DNA of 64,000 nucleotides from an uncultured Gammaproteobacteria bacterium. GTDB lineage: Bacteria > Pseudomonadota > Gammaproteobacteria > JACCXJ01. This document shows positions 55,296 to 64,000 of the stretch, piece by piece (position 1 is the first letter of the stretch; each line of letters starts with the position of its first letter). Where the stretch lies: contig CAVXTM010000016.1 in the NCBI GenBank assembly GCA_963764725.1, positions 416,001 through 480,000 of the forward strand. The letters are read 5' to 3'. The position numbers were made by a program, and so were the translations under genes. A model generated the notes under the pieces. It did no database searches. It was not told the DNA's origin and saw only the letters and a list, made by a program, of their open reading frames with translations.

Positions 55296-58200
55296 CTATA
55301 TAGAAATTACCGAATCCATGGGAAGGAGAACTTCCTTCGAACTTTCCGGCGACGCATCAGCTTGAGAGCATTCCCGCTTTACCCGAAACCAGGCTGCATA
55401 CAACGCCGGCAGGAAGAACACTGTCAGTACGGTAGCAATAGTGAGTCCGCCCATGATGGCGATAGCCTGCGATCCGAAGAAATCGTTACGCGACAACGGA
55501 ATCATTGCCAGGATAGCCGCCGCCGCAGTCAACAGGATGGGCCGGAAACGCCGGACGGTCGATTCTACGATGGCGGTCCAGGTATCCCGGCCGGCCTTTT
55601 CGTCCTGCTCGATCTGATCCACCAGGATCACCGAGTTGCGCATGATCATGCCGGCCAGGGCGATGATGCCGAGCAGGGCCACGAAACCGAAGGGAGCACC
55701 GAACAGCAACAGGGCGAACGCAGCCCCGATTACCCCTAGAGGCGCCGTCATAAAAACAAGGAAGGTTCTGGACAGATTCTGCAATTGAATCATCAGCAGG
55801 ATGAGCGTGACGATCACGACGAGCGGAATCCAAATCAGGATCGACTTCTGAGCGATCCAGGCGTCTTCCTTGGCCGCGCCGGTTTCGATGAAATGGCCGG
55901 CGGGGAGGCTGTCTTTGATGGGCTCGAGCTTCGGAACGATCTGCGCGGCTACATCGGGCGCCAACATGCCGTCTACCACGTCGGCCCGTACCGAAATTGC
56001 CGGGAAGCGGTTGCGGCGCCAACGGACGCCGTCCTCGAAGACGGTTTCGAACTTGACGAACTGCGCCAGCGGTGCCGATCTGCCGTTGGCCGTCCGAACA
56101 GTGACATCGGGCAATTCGTCGGCGGCAGCACGTAAGTCCTTTTGCGCTCTCCAGACGATGTCGATGAGTTTGTCGTCCTCGCGGAACTGTCCAACGGGGA
56201 TGCCCGTATAGTGAGCTTGCAAGGCTTGCGACAAACTTGAAGTAGAGACGCCGAGTGCACGCGCCTTGTCCTGATCGAGTACGAGACGTAACGAAGGAAT
56301 GCGATCGTGCCAGTCGTCGTTCACATCGACCGTGTTGGGGTTGGTGCGCACGACCTCGGCCACCCGGTCGGCGACGTTGCGAACGATCTTGGGATCTTCA
56401 CCGAACACCCTGAACACGAGCGGATAATCCATCGGCGGTCCGACGTTGAGGCGCATGGTGCGTCCGCGCACTTCCGGGAAATCCGTGGCGAAAGCCAGCC
56501 GGATGCGTTGCATGACCCGTTCGCGGGCCGCGTTGTCGCGGGTCATCACCACGAATTCGGCCAGATTGGTATTGGCCAGTTGTTGCACGATCAGCAGGAA
56601 AAACCTCGGGCTGCCGCCGCCGATATAGGTCGCGTAATTCACCACGTCCTCGTCCGTGGCAAGCAGCGCCTCCATGCGCTTGGCGACCGCTTCGGTTTGC
56701 GCGAAGGAACTACCCTCCGGCAACCAGAGGTCGATGATGACTTCCGGCCGATTGGACAATGGGAAAAACTGTTCGGGAACTTGGGTCAGGGTCACGACGC
56801 CGACGCCGAACAGCGCCACCGTGCCGATGATCACTGTCTTGCGATGTTCCACGCATCGATCCACCCAGCGGCGCAGACGATTATAGAACGGCGTGTCAAA
56901 AAGGTCGTGGCCGGGCGTGTGCCCCTTGCCCTTGGTCTTGAGCATCAGAAAGCCCAGATAGGGTGTGAAGACCACCGCACCGATCCACGACAGGAGCAGC
57001 GAGATGGCCATCACCTGAAAAATCGCCACCGTATATTCGCCCGCCTGCGATTTGGCCAAGCCCACCGGCAGGAAGCCGGCAATGGTAATCAGCGTACCGG
57101 TCAACATCGGGAAGGCCGTGGCGCGGTAGGTAAAAGTCGCGGCGCGCATCCGATCCCATCCCTCTTCGAGTTTGCGCGCCATCATCTCGATAGCAATCAT
57201 GGCGTCGTCCACCAGAAGACCCAACGCGAGAATCAAGGCGCCCAGCGAAATGCGATGAATTTCCATGCCCAAGAGCCACATGCACAGCAGCGTTCCGGCC
57301 AGAACCAGGGGCACCGTCAGCCCGACGACGGAGCCGGTGCGAAATCCGAGGCTCAGGAAGCTGACGAGCAGCACCGCCGCCAGCGCCTCGAAGAAGGTGC
57401 GCAGGAATTCGCCGATGGCCGTTTTGACCACACGCGACTGATCGGCGACCCGCTCGACTTCGATGCCCACCGGGAGTTCGCCCTCGATCCGAGTCACGGT
57501 GGGTTCCAGCGCCTTCCCCAGTTCCAGCACATCGCCTTTCCTGTTCATGGTGACACCGAGTCCGACGGCTTCCTGACCGTTGAAGCGCATCTCGAATTCC
57601 GGCGGATCGGTATAGCCCCGCGTCACCTTGGCGAAATCGCTGACTCTGATGGTCCGGCCATCGAGACGCACGGCCAGGTTCGCCACGCTATCCACCGAGT
57701 CGAATGGGCCGGTGAGTCGTATGGGGAGATTGCGCTGCGAGGAAAACACCGTCCCCGCCGACACCATGTCGTTCTGCGCCTGCAACGTCTGTGCAACCGC
57801 CGCGGTGTCCAGTCCCAGTTCGGCCAGCTTCTTGTCGGAAAACTCGACGTAAATCTTTTCGTCCTGGACGCCGATGAGATCGACTTTCTCGACATCCTTG
57901 ACGCGCAAGATCTGCTGCCGGGCCGAATCTGCCGCAGCTTTCAGCTCGGCGTAGCTGAAGCCTTCCCCGGAAAAGGCATAGAGGAGGCTGTAGGTATCGC
58001 CGAACTCGTCGTTGAAGAAGGGGCCGACGATGCCGGGCGGCAAGCTCATGCGGATGTCGCCGACCTTCTTGCGCACCTGATACCAGAGGTCGGGGATCTC
58101 CCTGGGCGGCGTGTCTTCACGGGGTGTGACGAAAATGACCGATTCGCCGGATTTCGAGTAGCTGCGCAGGGTGTCGAGGTTCGGCAATTCCTGGATTTTC

Positions 58201-58415
58201 TTTTCCAGACGGTCGGTCACCTGTTGCTCTGTTTCCAGCGCGGTTGCGCCCGGATAGAGGGTTTTGACGACCATGACGCGGAAGGTGAACTTTGGATCTT
58301 CCCGTTGTTCCAGGCGGAAATAGGCGAAAACTCCACCCAGCAGCAACAGCGCCATGAGAAAGCCGGTGAAGGCGCGGTGTTCGAGCGCCCATTGGCTCAG
58401 GTTGAAGTCCTTCAT
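55296..58415 (-). CDS. RND efflux permease (TriC/MexK-like)
   Basis: FNLSQWAL, EDPKFTFR, NDEFGD, GLLVDDAMI, RNSVILVDQI, RRFRPILLT. Confidence 0.96.
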   Translation of the reverse strand: MKDFNLSQWALEHRAFTGFLMALLLLGGVFAYFRLEQREDPKFTFRVMVVKTLYPGATALETEQQVTDRLEKKIQELPNLDTLRSYSKSGESVIFVTPREDTPPREIPDLWYQVRKKVGDIRMSLPPGIVGPFFNDEFGDTYSLLYAFSGEGFSYAELKAAADSARQQILRVKDVEKVDLIGVQDEKIYVEFSDKKLAELGLDTAAVAQTLQAQNDMVSAGTVFSSQRNLPIRLTGPFDSVDSVANLAVRLDGRTIRVSDFAKVTRGYTDPPEFEMRFNGQEAVGLGVTMNRKGDVLELGKALEPTVTRIEGELPVGIEVERVADQSRVVKTAIGEFLRTFFEALAAVLLVSFLSLGFRTGSVVGLTVPLVLAGTLLCMWLLGMEIHRISLGALILALGLLVDDAMIAIEMMARKLEEGWDRMRAATFTYRATAFPMLTGTLITIAGFLPVGLAKSQAGEYTVAIFQVMAISLLLSWIGAVVFTPYLGFLMLKTKGKGHTPGHDLFDTPFYNRLRRWVDRCVEHRKTVIIGTVALFGVGVVTLTQVPEQFFPLSNRPEVIIDLWLPEGSSFAQTEAVAKRMEALLATDEDVVNYATYIGGGSPRFFLLIVQQLANTNLAEFVVMTRDNAARERVMQRIRLAFATDFPEVRGRTMRLNVGPPMDYPLVFRVFGEDPKIVRNVADRVAEVVRTNPNTVDVNDDWHDRIPSLRLVLDQDKARALGVSTSSLSQALQAHYTGIPVGQFREDDKLIDIVWRAQKDLRAAADELPDVTVRTANGRSAPLAQFVKFETVFEDGVRWRRNRFPAISVRADVVDGMLAPDVAAQIVPKLEPIKDSLPAGHFIETGAAKEDAWIAQKSILIWIPLVVIVTLILLMIQLQNLSRTFLVFMTAPLGVIGAAFALLLFGAPFGFVALLGIIALAGMIMRNSVILVDQIEQDEKAGRDTWTAIVESTVRRFRPILLTAAAAILAMIPLSRNDFFGSQAIAIMGGLTIATVLTVFFLPALYAAWFRVKRECSQADASPESSKEVLLPMDSVISI

Positions 58416-59572
58416 GGCTGATGCTCCTTGTTTTCGGCGACGTAGCCCTGCATGGCCGCCGCGACCTCTTCCGGCAAGCGCACCGCCTGTCCCTCAGCCA
58501 GGCGCTGTACCCCGGCGCTAACGACTAATTGTCCAGACACGACTCCCGCAACGACAATGCGCTCTCCGTCCAGTGCCTCGCCCAGCTGAACCGGTACGGA
58601 TTTGACCGTGCTGCCTCCTTCTTCCACCAGCCACACACGCGGACGTCCAGGCTCGTTCTGCGGGGTGAATACGGCCGAGAAAGGGACGGTGATGCGAGGT
58701 GATGTAGTCACGGGAATCCACACCGTCGCCGTCTTGCCGAGCCGTGCTTCATCCTGCCTCTCAAGGAGTGTCGCCTTGACGCGATAGGTGCGGCTGGTCG
58801 GGTCGGCCGCTGCCGCGATTTCGCGGATACGCGCCGTATACCGCCGGTCGCCGTCAGCCCACAGGGTCACGCTGACTTTCTGATGGAGGTCGATTCCGGC
58901 CACGCGCTGCTCGGGGACATCAATATGGATTTCCTTCTCATCAAGACGGGCCAGCTTGATGACGGGCTGACCGGCAGTCACCACCTGCCCCGTCTCGACT
59001 TCCAGTCCCGTGACCACACCATCCCGATCCGCCAACAGATCGGTATACTGTAATTGGTTGGTCGCTTGGCTCAGTTGAGCTTCCAACGTCACCACCCGTT
59101 CCCTCGCGGTGGTGTACGCAGTGTCGTGCCGGTCGAACTCGGCTGGACTAATGACCCGCTGATTGAGGAGTTCGCGGTAACGCATCAGATCATCCCGGGC
59201 AAAATCCCGTTCAGCCTGGGCTGAGTTGAGCTGGGCTTTAAGCGCTTCCGTTCCAAGCCGGTAATCGGTGGAATCAAGACGCGCGACGCGCTGACCTTTG
59301 CGCACTCGATCACCCACCTCCACGTGACGGTCAATCATTTTGCCCGATACCCGGAAGGCTAAAATCGTCTCGTATCGTGCCCGCACTTCCCCGGCGAAAC
59401 TCATCACGCCGGCTGCGGCCTCATCCCCGATTCGGACGACCTTCACAGGCCGTGAGACCTGCTGGGATGGTTTGTCTTGAGGGGTGCACCCAAGAAACAT
59501 CGTGAGTGGTAGCAGCAGGCAAGCTAGGAATTTGCCCCGCACTGCCGTGATCAACATTTTTGGTTTTGCCAT
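58412..59572 (-). CDS. RND periplasmic adaptor
   Basis: GEVRARYE, FRVSGK, DPTSRTY; RBS GGAG before MAKPK; FLGC lipobox-like. Confidence 0.93.
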   Translation of the reverse strand: MAKPKMLITAVRGKFLACLLLPLTMFLGCTPQDKPSQQVSRPVKVVRIGDEAAAGVMSFAGEVRARYETILAFRVSGKMIDRHVEVGDRVRKGQRVARLDSTDYRLGTEALKAQLNSAQAERDFARDDLMRYRELLNQRVISPAEFDRHDTAYTTARERVVTLEAQLSQATNQLQYTDLLADRDGVVTGLEVETGQVVTAGQPVIKLARLDEKEIHIDVPEQRVAGIDLHQKVSVTLWADGDRRYTARIREIAAAADPTSRTYRVKATLLERQDEARLGKTATVWIPVTTSPRITVPFSAVFTPQNEPGRPRVWLVEEGGSTVKSVPVQLGEALDGERIVVAGVVSGQLVVSAGVQRLAEGQAVRLPEEVAAAMQGYVAENKEHQP

Positions 59573-59675
59573 TTTGTCTCCTCTCTCGGTTTCTTGCTCG
59601 GTTAGTGATGGGTTCAACTAAAAATCTTGTCCCTGTTTGAGGTTAAGGTGGAGAGCCTGCTGCCAGAGTGCCATG

Positions 59676-59690
59676 TATCTGTATATGCAA
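59676..59690. promoter_or_regulatory. Candidate MarR operator upstream of the efflux operon
   Basis: TATCTGTATATGCAA is the reverse complement (14/15 match) of TTGCATATACAAATA at 60196-60210. Confidence 0.6.
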
Positions 59691-59712
59691 GTATGTAATC
59701 AAAAAAATACAC

Positions 59713-60177
59713 CTACCCTGCTGGAAGCCCGATCATGTTTCCTACGAGCTTTCGCAAGAGTGTCGCTCCATTATCCCCAATAAGCTTTTGTGTGCGATCC
59801 TGTGCCTTACGCCAAGAAGGAACGATTTGATGCAGAAGATCACGACCTTTGGCCGTAACCTGCAACGGCGAGCCTCGCCCGTCTTCTCCATCTATAATCT
59901 CTTCTACCCAACCATTAGTCAGCATAATCTTTAGATTACGTGTCAGCGTTGATGGGTCGAGGTGAAGGCGCTTGCCAATGTCGATACGCCGAACGGGGCC
60001 GATCCTCGCCACAGCCACCAGGAGATTGAGTTGTGTTGCTTTCAAACCGAATGCGCGTAATTCACCATCGTAGATGCCCGTGAGAACACGATTGAGTATG
60101 CGTGCACGACTAAACAGACACTCACACCTTATCTGATCAATAATACCGTTATCGTATTTCATTTTGTTCGATTCCAT
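59713..60177 (-). CDS. MarR-family transcriptional regulator
   Basis: CLFSRAR...YDGELRAFGLKATQLNLL, LDPSTLTRNL, VTAKGR. Confidence 0.92.
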   Translation of the reverse strand: MESNKMKYDNGIIDQIRCECLFSRARILNRVLTGIYDGELRAFGLKATQLNLLVAVARIGPVRRIDIGKRLHLDPSTLTRNLKIMLTNGWVEEIIDGEDGRGSPLQVTAKGRDLLHQIVPSWRKAQDRTQKLIGDNGATLLRKLVGNMIGLPAG

Positions 60178-60195
60178 TTTCACCGGTGCGTAGTG

Positions 60196-60210
60196 TTGCA
60201 TATACAAATA
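60196..60210. promoter_or_regulatory. Candidate MarR autoregulatory operator
   Basis: TTGCATATACAAATA lies just downstream of a minus-strand TTGACA (60221-60216). Confidence 0.6.
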
Positions 60211-60479
60211 GATCTTGTCAAGCCAAAATTTGGTCCAGATCCCCGCACCACTCGGTCACCATGAACCCGCTGCAACGGGACACCGCTCCATGCTGTTGAT
60301 TCGTTCCCAAATTGGAGTTGATGACTGGTGGCGTCGGCCGCGAGGCACTGCGCGAGTTCTACTCGCGGCGCTTAAGCATAAATTCCCCCTGTGCGGTTTC
60401 CGCTACCAATACTCTATCTTTACCCTAGCCCTGCTAATAGATTTATACGTCGCATCGTTGCTCCTTCGTCCGTGAAATG

Positions 60480-60765
60480 CGGTGAGCGATTTGCGCTTGT
60501 GTCGCGGTGGGCCAGGCGCCGAGTTGCTGCATGAGGGAGAAAAGATTCGCCGCACCCCAATGCTCGGTGATCTTGCGGTCCTGCCGCCGTTTGCCACCGC
60601 ACCGATCTCAATGATCCGGGCGCCCTTTAGGCGTGCGTCATCCAGCAAACCCAAGAGCCGCGCGTGGTGGCGGTCGTTGACGATCGACGTGTAGTCGGGT
60701 TCGCGGCTATATTGGGATAGAGCTTCGCGACCTCGCCCGTGTACGCGGCAACGAAATCTTCGACG
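60480..60765 (-). pseudogene. Joined fragments: aldehyde dehydrogenase internal piece then ester-cyclase (SnoaL-like) C-terminus
   Basis: KLYPNI..NPDYTSIVNDRHHARLLGLLDDARLKGARIIEI, then in another frame KITEHWGAANLFSLMQQLGA. Confidence 0.65.
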
Positions 60766-60951
60766 ACGAACTGGGTGGGAGCGGTAGTGTGGGTATAACT
60801 AGTCATGCTCGGTCTCCGTGCATCGCATGGCCGATGCTGTTCACGACCAGCCCCTCTTAGTTGTCGTGACGCTCATAAGGCTGCTGGTGAGCTGCGGCGA
60901 AGGGGAATCGCCTTTTCTTCGCGACACCCACCACACTTTGCCCCGGAGCCA

Positions 60952-62874
60952 TCAATGTGAGGTTACCGGCCCACCGATGGTCCCGGCGTGAGAATCGTTG
61001 TCGCGGAGCGGCGCCTTCGGCGGCCTAGGTTGCCCAGCGTCGTTCCAGCCTTTCGGTGGACGCGGGACTTGGCCGTGCATGATGTCGTCGATCTGCTCGG
61101 CGTCGATGGTCTCATACTTCATTAACGCCTCGGCCATCACGTGCAAAGTGTCGAGATTCCCTTCGAGGATGTCCTTCGCACGCTGATAGTTCCGATCGAC
61201 GATGCGACGGATCTCCTCGTCTATCGCATGCGCCGTCTCATCGGAGACCGTCTCCTGCTGCGTCACGGAGCGCCCGAGGAACACCTCCCCCTCATCCTTC
61301 CCGTAGGTCAAGGGCCCTAAGCGCTCCGAGAGACCCCACTTGGTCACCATGTTGCGCGCAAGCTCGGTTACCCGCTCGATGTCGTTCGAGGCCCCTGTCG
61401 TCACATGCTCGACGCCAAAGATGAGCTCTTCCGCCACCCGACCCCCAAAGAGACTCGAGATCTGGCTCTCCAGCCGCTCCTTGCTCGCACTGAAGCGGTC
61501 CTGCTCGGGCAGAAACATCGTCACCCCGAGCGCCCGACCCCGCGGCATAATGCTCACCTTGTACACCGGATCGTGCGAGGGCACCAGCCGTCCCACAATC
61601 GCATGCCCCGCCTCGTGGTAGGCTGTCAGCCGCTTCTGGTCCTCGCTCATCACCATCGACTTTCGCTCGGCCCCCATCATGATCTTGTCTTTGGCCTTTT
61701 CAAAGTCCTCCATGTCCACCAACTGCTTGTCGGAACGCGCGGCAAAGAGCGCCGCCTCGTTCACCAGATTGGCCAAGTCCGCCCCCGAAAACCCCGGCGT
61801 TCCACGCGCGATAATCGCCGCTTTCACATCGTCCGCCACCGGCGCCTTGCGCATGTGTACTTTCAAAATCTGCTCCCGACCACGGATGTCGGGCAACGGA
61901 ACAACCACATGCCGGTCAAACCGTCCTGGACGCAAGAGGGCCGGATCGAGCACATCGGGACGGTTGGTCGCCGCAATGATGATGATCCCCTCGTTGCCCT
62001 CAAATCCGTCCATCTCTACCAGCAACTGATTGAGCGTCTGCTCACGCTCGTCATGCCCGCCGCCGAGTCCCGCACCGCGGTGCCGGCCCACGGCGTCTAT
62101 CTCATCGATGAACACGATGCAGGGGGCACGCTTCTTCGCCTCCTCGAACATATCACGTACCCGAGAGGCGCCCACCCCCACGAACATTTCCACGAAGTCC
62201 GACCCCGAGATGGTGAAAAAGGGTACCTTCGCCTCGCCCGCGATCGCCTTCGCCAAGAGCGTCTTGCCCGCGCCGGGAGGGCCGACCATTAACACCCCGC
62301 GCGGGATCCTTCCGCCAAGCTTCTGAAACTTCCCGGGATCACGCAGGAACTCGACGAGCTCCACGACCTCTTCCTTGGCCTCTTCCACACCGGCCACATC
62401 ACTGAAAGTAATCTTCACCTGGTCCTCGCCCATCAGCCGCGCACGGCTCTTGCCGAATGACATCGCCCCACGCCCGCCCATTCCGCCCTGCATCTGGCGC
62501 ATGAAGAAGACCCACACCGCAATCAAGAGCAGCATCGGGAACCAGGAGATGAAAAGCTGCATCAGAACACTCTGGTGTTGAGGAGGACGCGCCTCGATCG
62601 AGACGTGGTTGTCCAGCAGATCCTTAATCAAGGGGCCGTTATCGGCTTCAGGACTGTAGGTGTAGGCACTGTTTCCATCAGCGAGATGGATGGCAATGGC
62701 TGATCCGTCGATGAAGACCTTCTCGACGCGACCGGCGTTGACGTCGCTAAGGAACTGCGAGTACTCCATTGCGACGCCAGTACGACCACGATTTTCGCTG
62801 TTCGCGAACAGGAGAAAGCCTATACCTATCGCCACTACAACAACCAACAGCACGTTCTTTGTTTTATCGTTCAT
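60952..62874 (-). CDS. ftsH: ATP-dependent zinc metalloprotease FtsH
   Basis: Two TM segments, GPPGAGKT (Walker A), [31 protein letters not shown]. Confidence 0.97.
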   Translation of the reverse strand: MNDKTKNVLLVVVVAIGIGFLLFANSENRGRTGVAMEYSQFLSDVNAGRVEKVFIDGSAIAIHLADGNSAYTYSPEADNGPLIKDLLDNHVSIEARPPQHQSVLMQLFISWFPMLLLIAVWVFFMRQMQGGMGGRGAMSFGKSRARLMGEDQVKITFSDVAGVEEAKEEVVELVEFLRDPGKFQKLGGRIPRGVLMVGPPGAGKTLLAKAIAGEAKVPFFTISGSDFVEMFVGVGASRVRDMFEEAKKRAPCIVFIDEIDAVGRHRGAGLGGGHDEREQTLNQLLVEMDGFEGNEGIIIIAATNRPDVLDPALLRPGRFDRHVVVPLPDIRGREQILKVHMRKAPVADDVKAAIIARGTPGFSGADLANLVNEAALFAARSDKQLVDMEDFEKAKDKIMMGAERKSMVMSEDQKRLTAYHEAGHAIVGRLVPSHDPVYKVSIMPRGRALGVTMFLPEQDRFSASKERLESQISSLFGGRVAEELIFGVEHVTTGASNDIERVTELARNMVTKWGLSERLGPLTYGKDEGEVFLGRSVTQQETVSDETAHAIDEEIRRIVDRNYQRAKDILEGNLDTLHVMAEALMKYETIDAEQIDDIMHGQVPRPPKGWNDAGQPRPPKAPLRDNDSHAGTIGGPVTSH

Positions 62875-63016
62875 GGTTCGGCTCCTATTCCAAATTCACG
62901 GTGAACTCACATTTTGCTCGCCTTGCTTAAACCAACGTACACAGGTAATCGCAGCCATCCTTTAAGGTCCTAACTCTTTGTTTATCTATCTCCACTAGAA
63001 ACGCACTTGCCGGACG

Positions 63017-63072
63017 TATAGATGATATATGTCATCTATATTTAGATTATAATGCAAATGTAATTAAGTCAA
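63017..63072 (-). promoter_or_regulatory. Sigma70-like promoter and palindromic operator upstream of ftsH
   Basis: Minus strand TTGACT-N17-TAATCT (or N15-TATAAT), followed by the inverted repeat TATAGATGA-N6-TCATCTATA at 63017-63040. Confidence 0.6.
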
Positions 63073-63211
63073 GGAGGCCGGCAACGATATTTTTGTTCGC
63101 GCTGTGCTGGGACGCTTAAGGCCACCTCACCTGCTTCGTGAGAGAGAAAGCGTTACACGGAATTAGTGTGGCCTACCTGATGAGCGAGATCGTACTTACC
63201 CATGGCGGTCT

Positions 63212-64000
63212 CTATGGGATGCCGCCTCCGAGGGCTTTGTAAATGGCCACCAAAGCCGTAACTGTTCGCGTCTCGCTGGCCGCGAGCCGGTCTTGCGCTT
63301 CGAGCAGCGTGCGCTCGGCGTCCAGCACGCTGAGAAAATCCGTCGCGCCGGCGTCGTAGCGTTGCCGCGCCAAGTCGGCGGCTTGCTGGCTCGCTTGGGC
63401 GGATGCCTGAAGAAACTGCCGCCGAGCTTGTTCGTGTCCGAAATCGACAAGCGCGCCTTCTGTTTCCTCTAAAGCAGTCAGCACTGTCTGTTCGTAAAAG
63501 GCCAGCGAGGCTTCGGTGCGAGCGTCCTCGACCTTGATGCGCGCCTGAACGCGACCAAGGTCGAACGCCGCCCAAGTGATGCGCGGCCCGAAATTCCAAG
63601 TGCCAGCACCGCTATTGCCCAGCCCAGCGAAAGTATCCGCCTGCAGTCCCACGCTTCCGATGAACGTAACCCGTGGGAACAAGTCTGCGGTCGCAACGCC
63701 GATGCGCGCTGTAGCAGCAGCCAGTGAACGTTCGGCGGAGCGGATGTCCGGGCGACGACGCAGAAGCGCTTCGGGATTGCCAAGTGCGAGCGCGGGCATT
63801 GCTGATGGCAGCGGTGCAGGTGTGGAAAGTGCCGCCGTGAGAGTGGTCGGCTGCTGTCCGGTCAGAACCGCGAGACGGTAAATCGTTTTTTGAATCGCGG
63901 CTTCGAGAGGTGGAATTGTCGAGAGGGTCAGATTGAGCAGCGATCGGCTGCGCGAGACGTCGAAGGCAGTACCGCGCCCGCCCTCAAGGAGCGATTGGGT
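63212..64000 (-). CDS. Efflux outer membrane factor, C-terminal part (runs off the window edge)
   Basis: LLRRRPDIRSAER, ADLFPR, DFLSVLDAER, IYKALGGG. Confidence 0.93.
   Translation of the reverse strand, partial: TQSLLEGGRGTAFDVSRSRSLLNLTLSTIPPLEAAIQKTIYRLAVLTGQQPTTLTAALSTPAPLPSAMPALALGNPEALLRRRPDIRSAERSLAAATARIGVATADLFPRVTFIGSVGLQADTFAGLGNSGAGTWNFGPRITWAAFDLGRVQARIKVEDARTEASLAFYEQTVLTALEETEGALVDFGHEQARRQFLQASAQASQQAADLARQRYDAGATDFLSVLDAERTLLEAQDRLAASETRTVTALVAIYKALGGGIP

Overview
This GC-rich bacterial window has no rRNA, tRNA or CRISPR array and little core-genome context. It is a patchwork of captured operon-sized modules. These are four tripartite efflux systems (RND at 2.1-7.9 kb, ytcA-mdtNOP-like at 10.4-15.5 kb, MarR-RND at 53.8-60.2 kb, and a partial OMF at the right edge), a cNMP-gated MscS channel, and a cyoABCD quinol oxidase. 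There is also a pentose-phosphate cluster (tal, pgi, gnd, zwf, pgl, rpiB, with internally deleted tkt and xfp), a glucan/glycoside module (debranching enzyme, glk, GH15, stand-alone PTS Enzyme I, GH38, GT4), an MFS pump, a Mo-hydroxylase with XdhC/MocA, and an accessory ftsH. The joints between modules hold more than 15 short gene fragments and relics of IS91/ISCR, IS1, IS1182 and an integrase-core IS. The most striking unexplained structure is a dispersed family of ~80-100 bp IS91/ISCR oriIS-like ends: four clear copies and one divergent candidate. Each clear copy carries TTGACA with a -10-like hexamer 16-17 nt downstream and points into the adjacent module. This suggests rolling-circle gene capture with portable promoters. 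Frameshifts cluster in a few blocks and may be long-read consensus errors, and a chimeric assembly cannot be excluded from sequence alone. All family assignments come from motif recognition by eye, not database searches.
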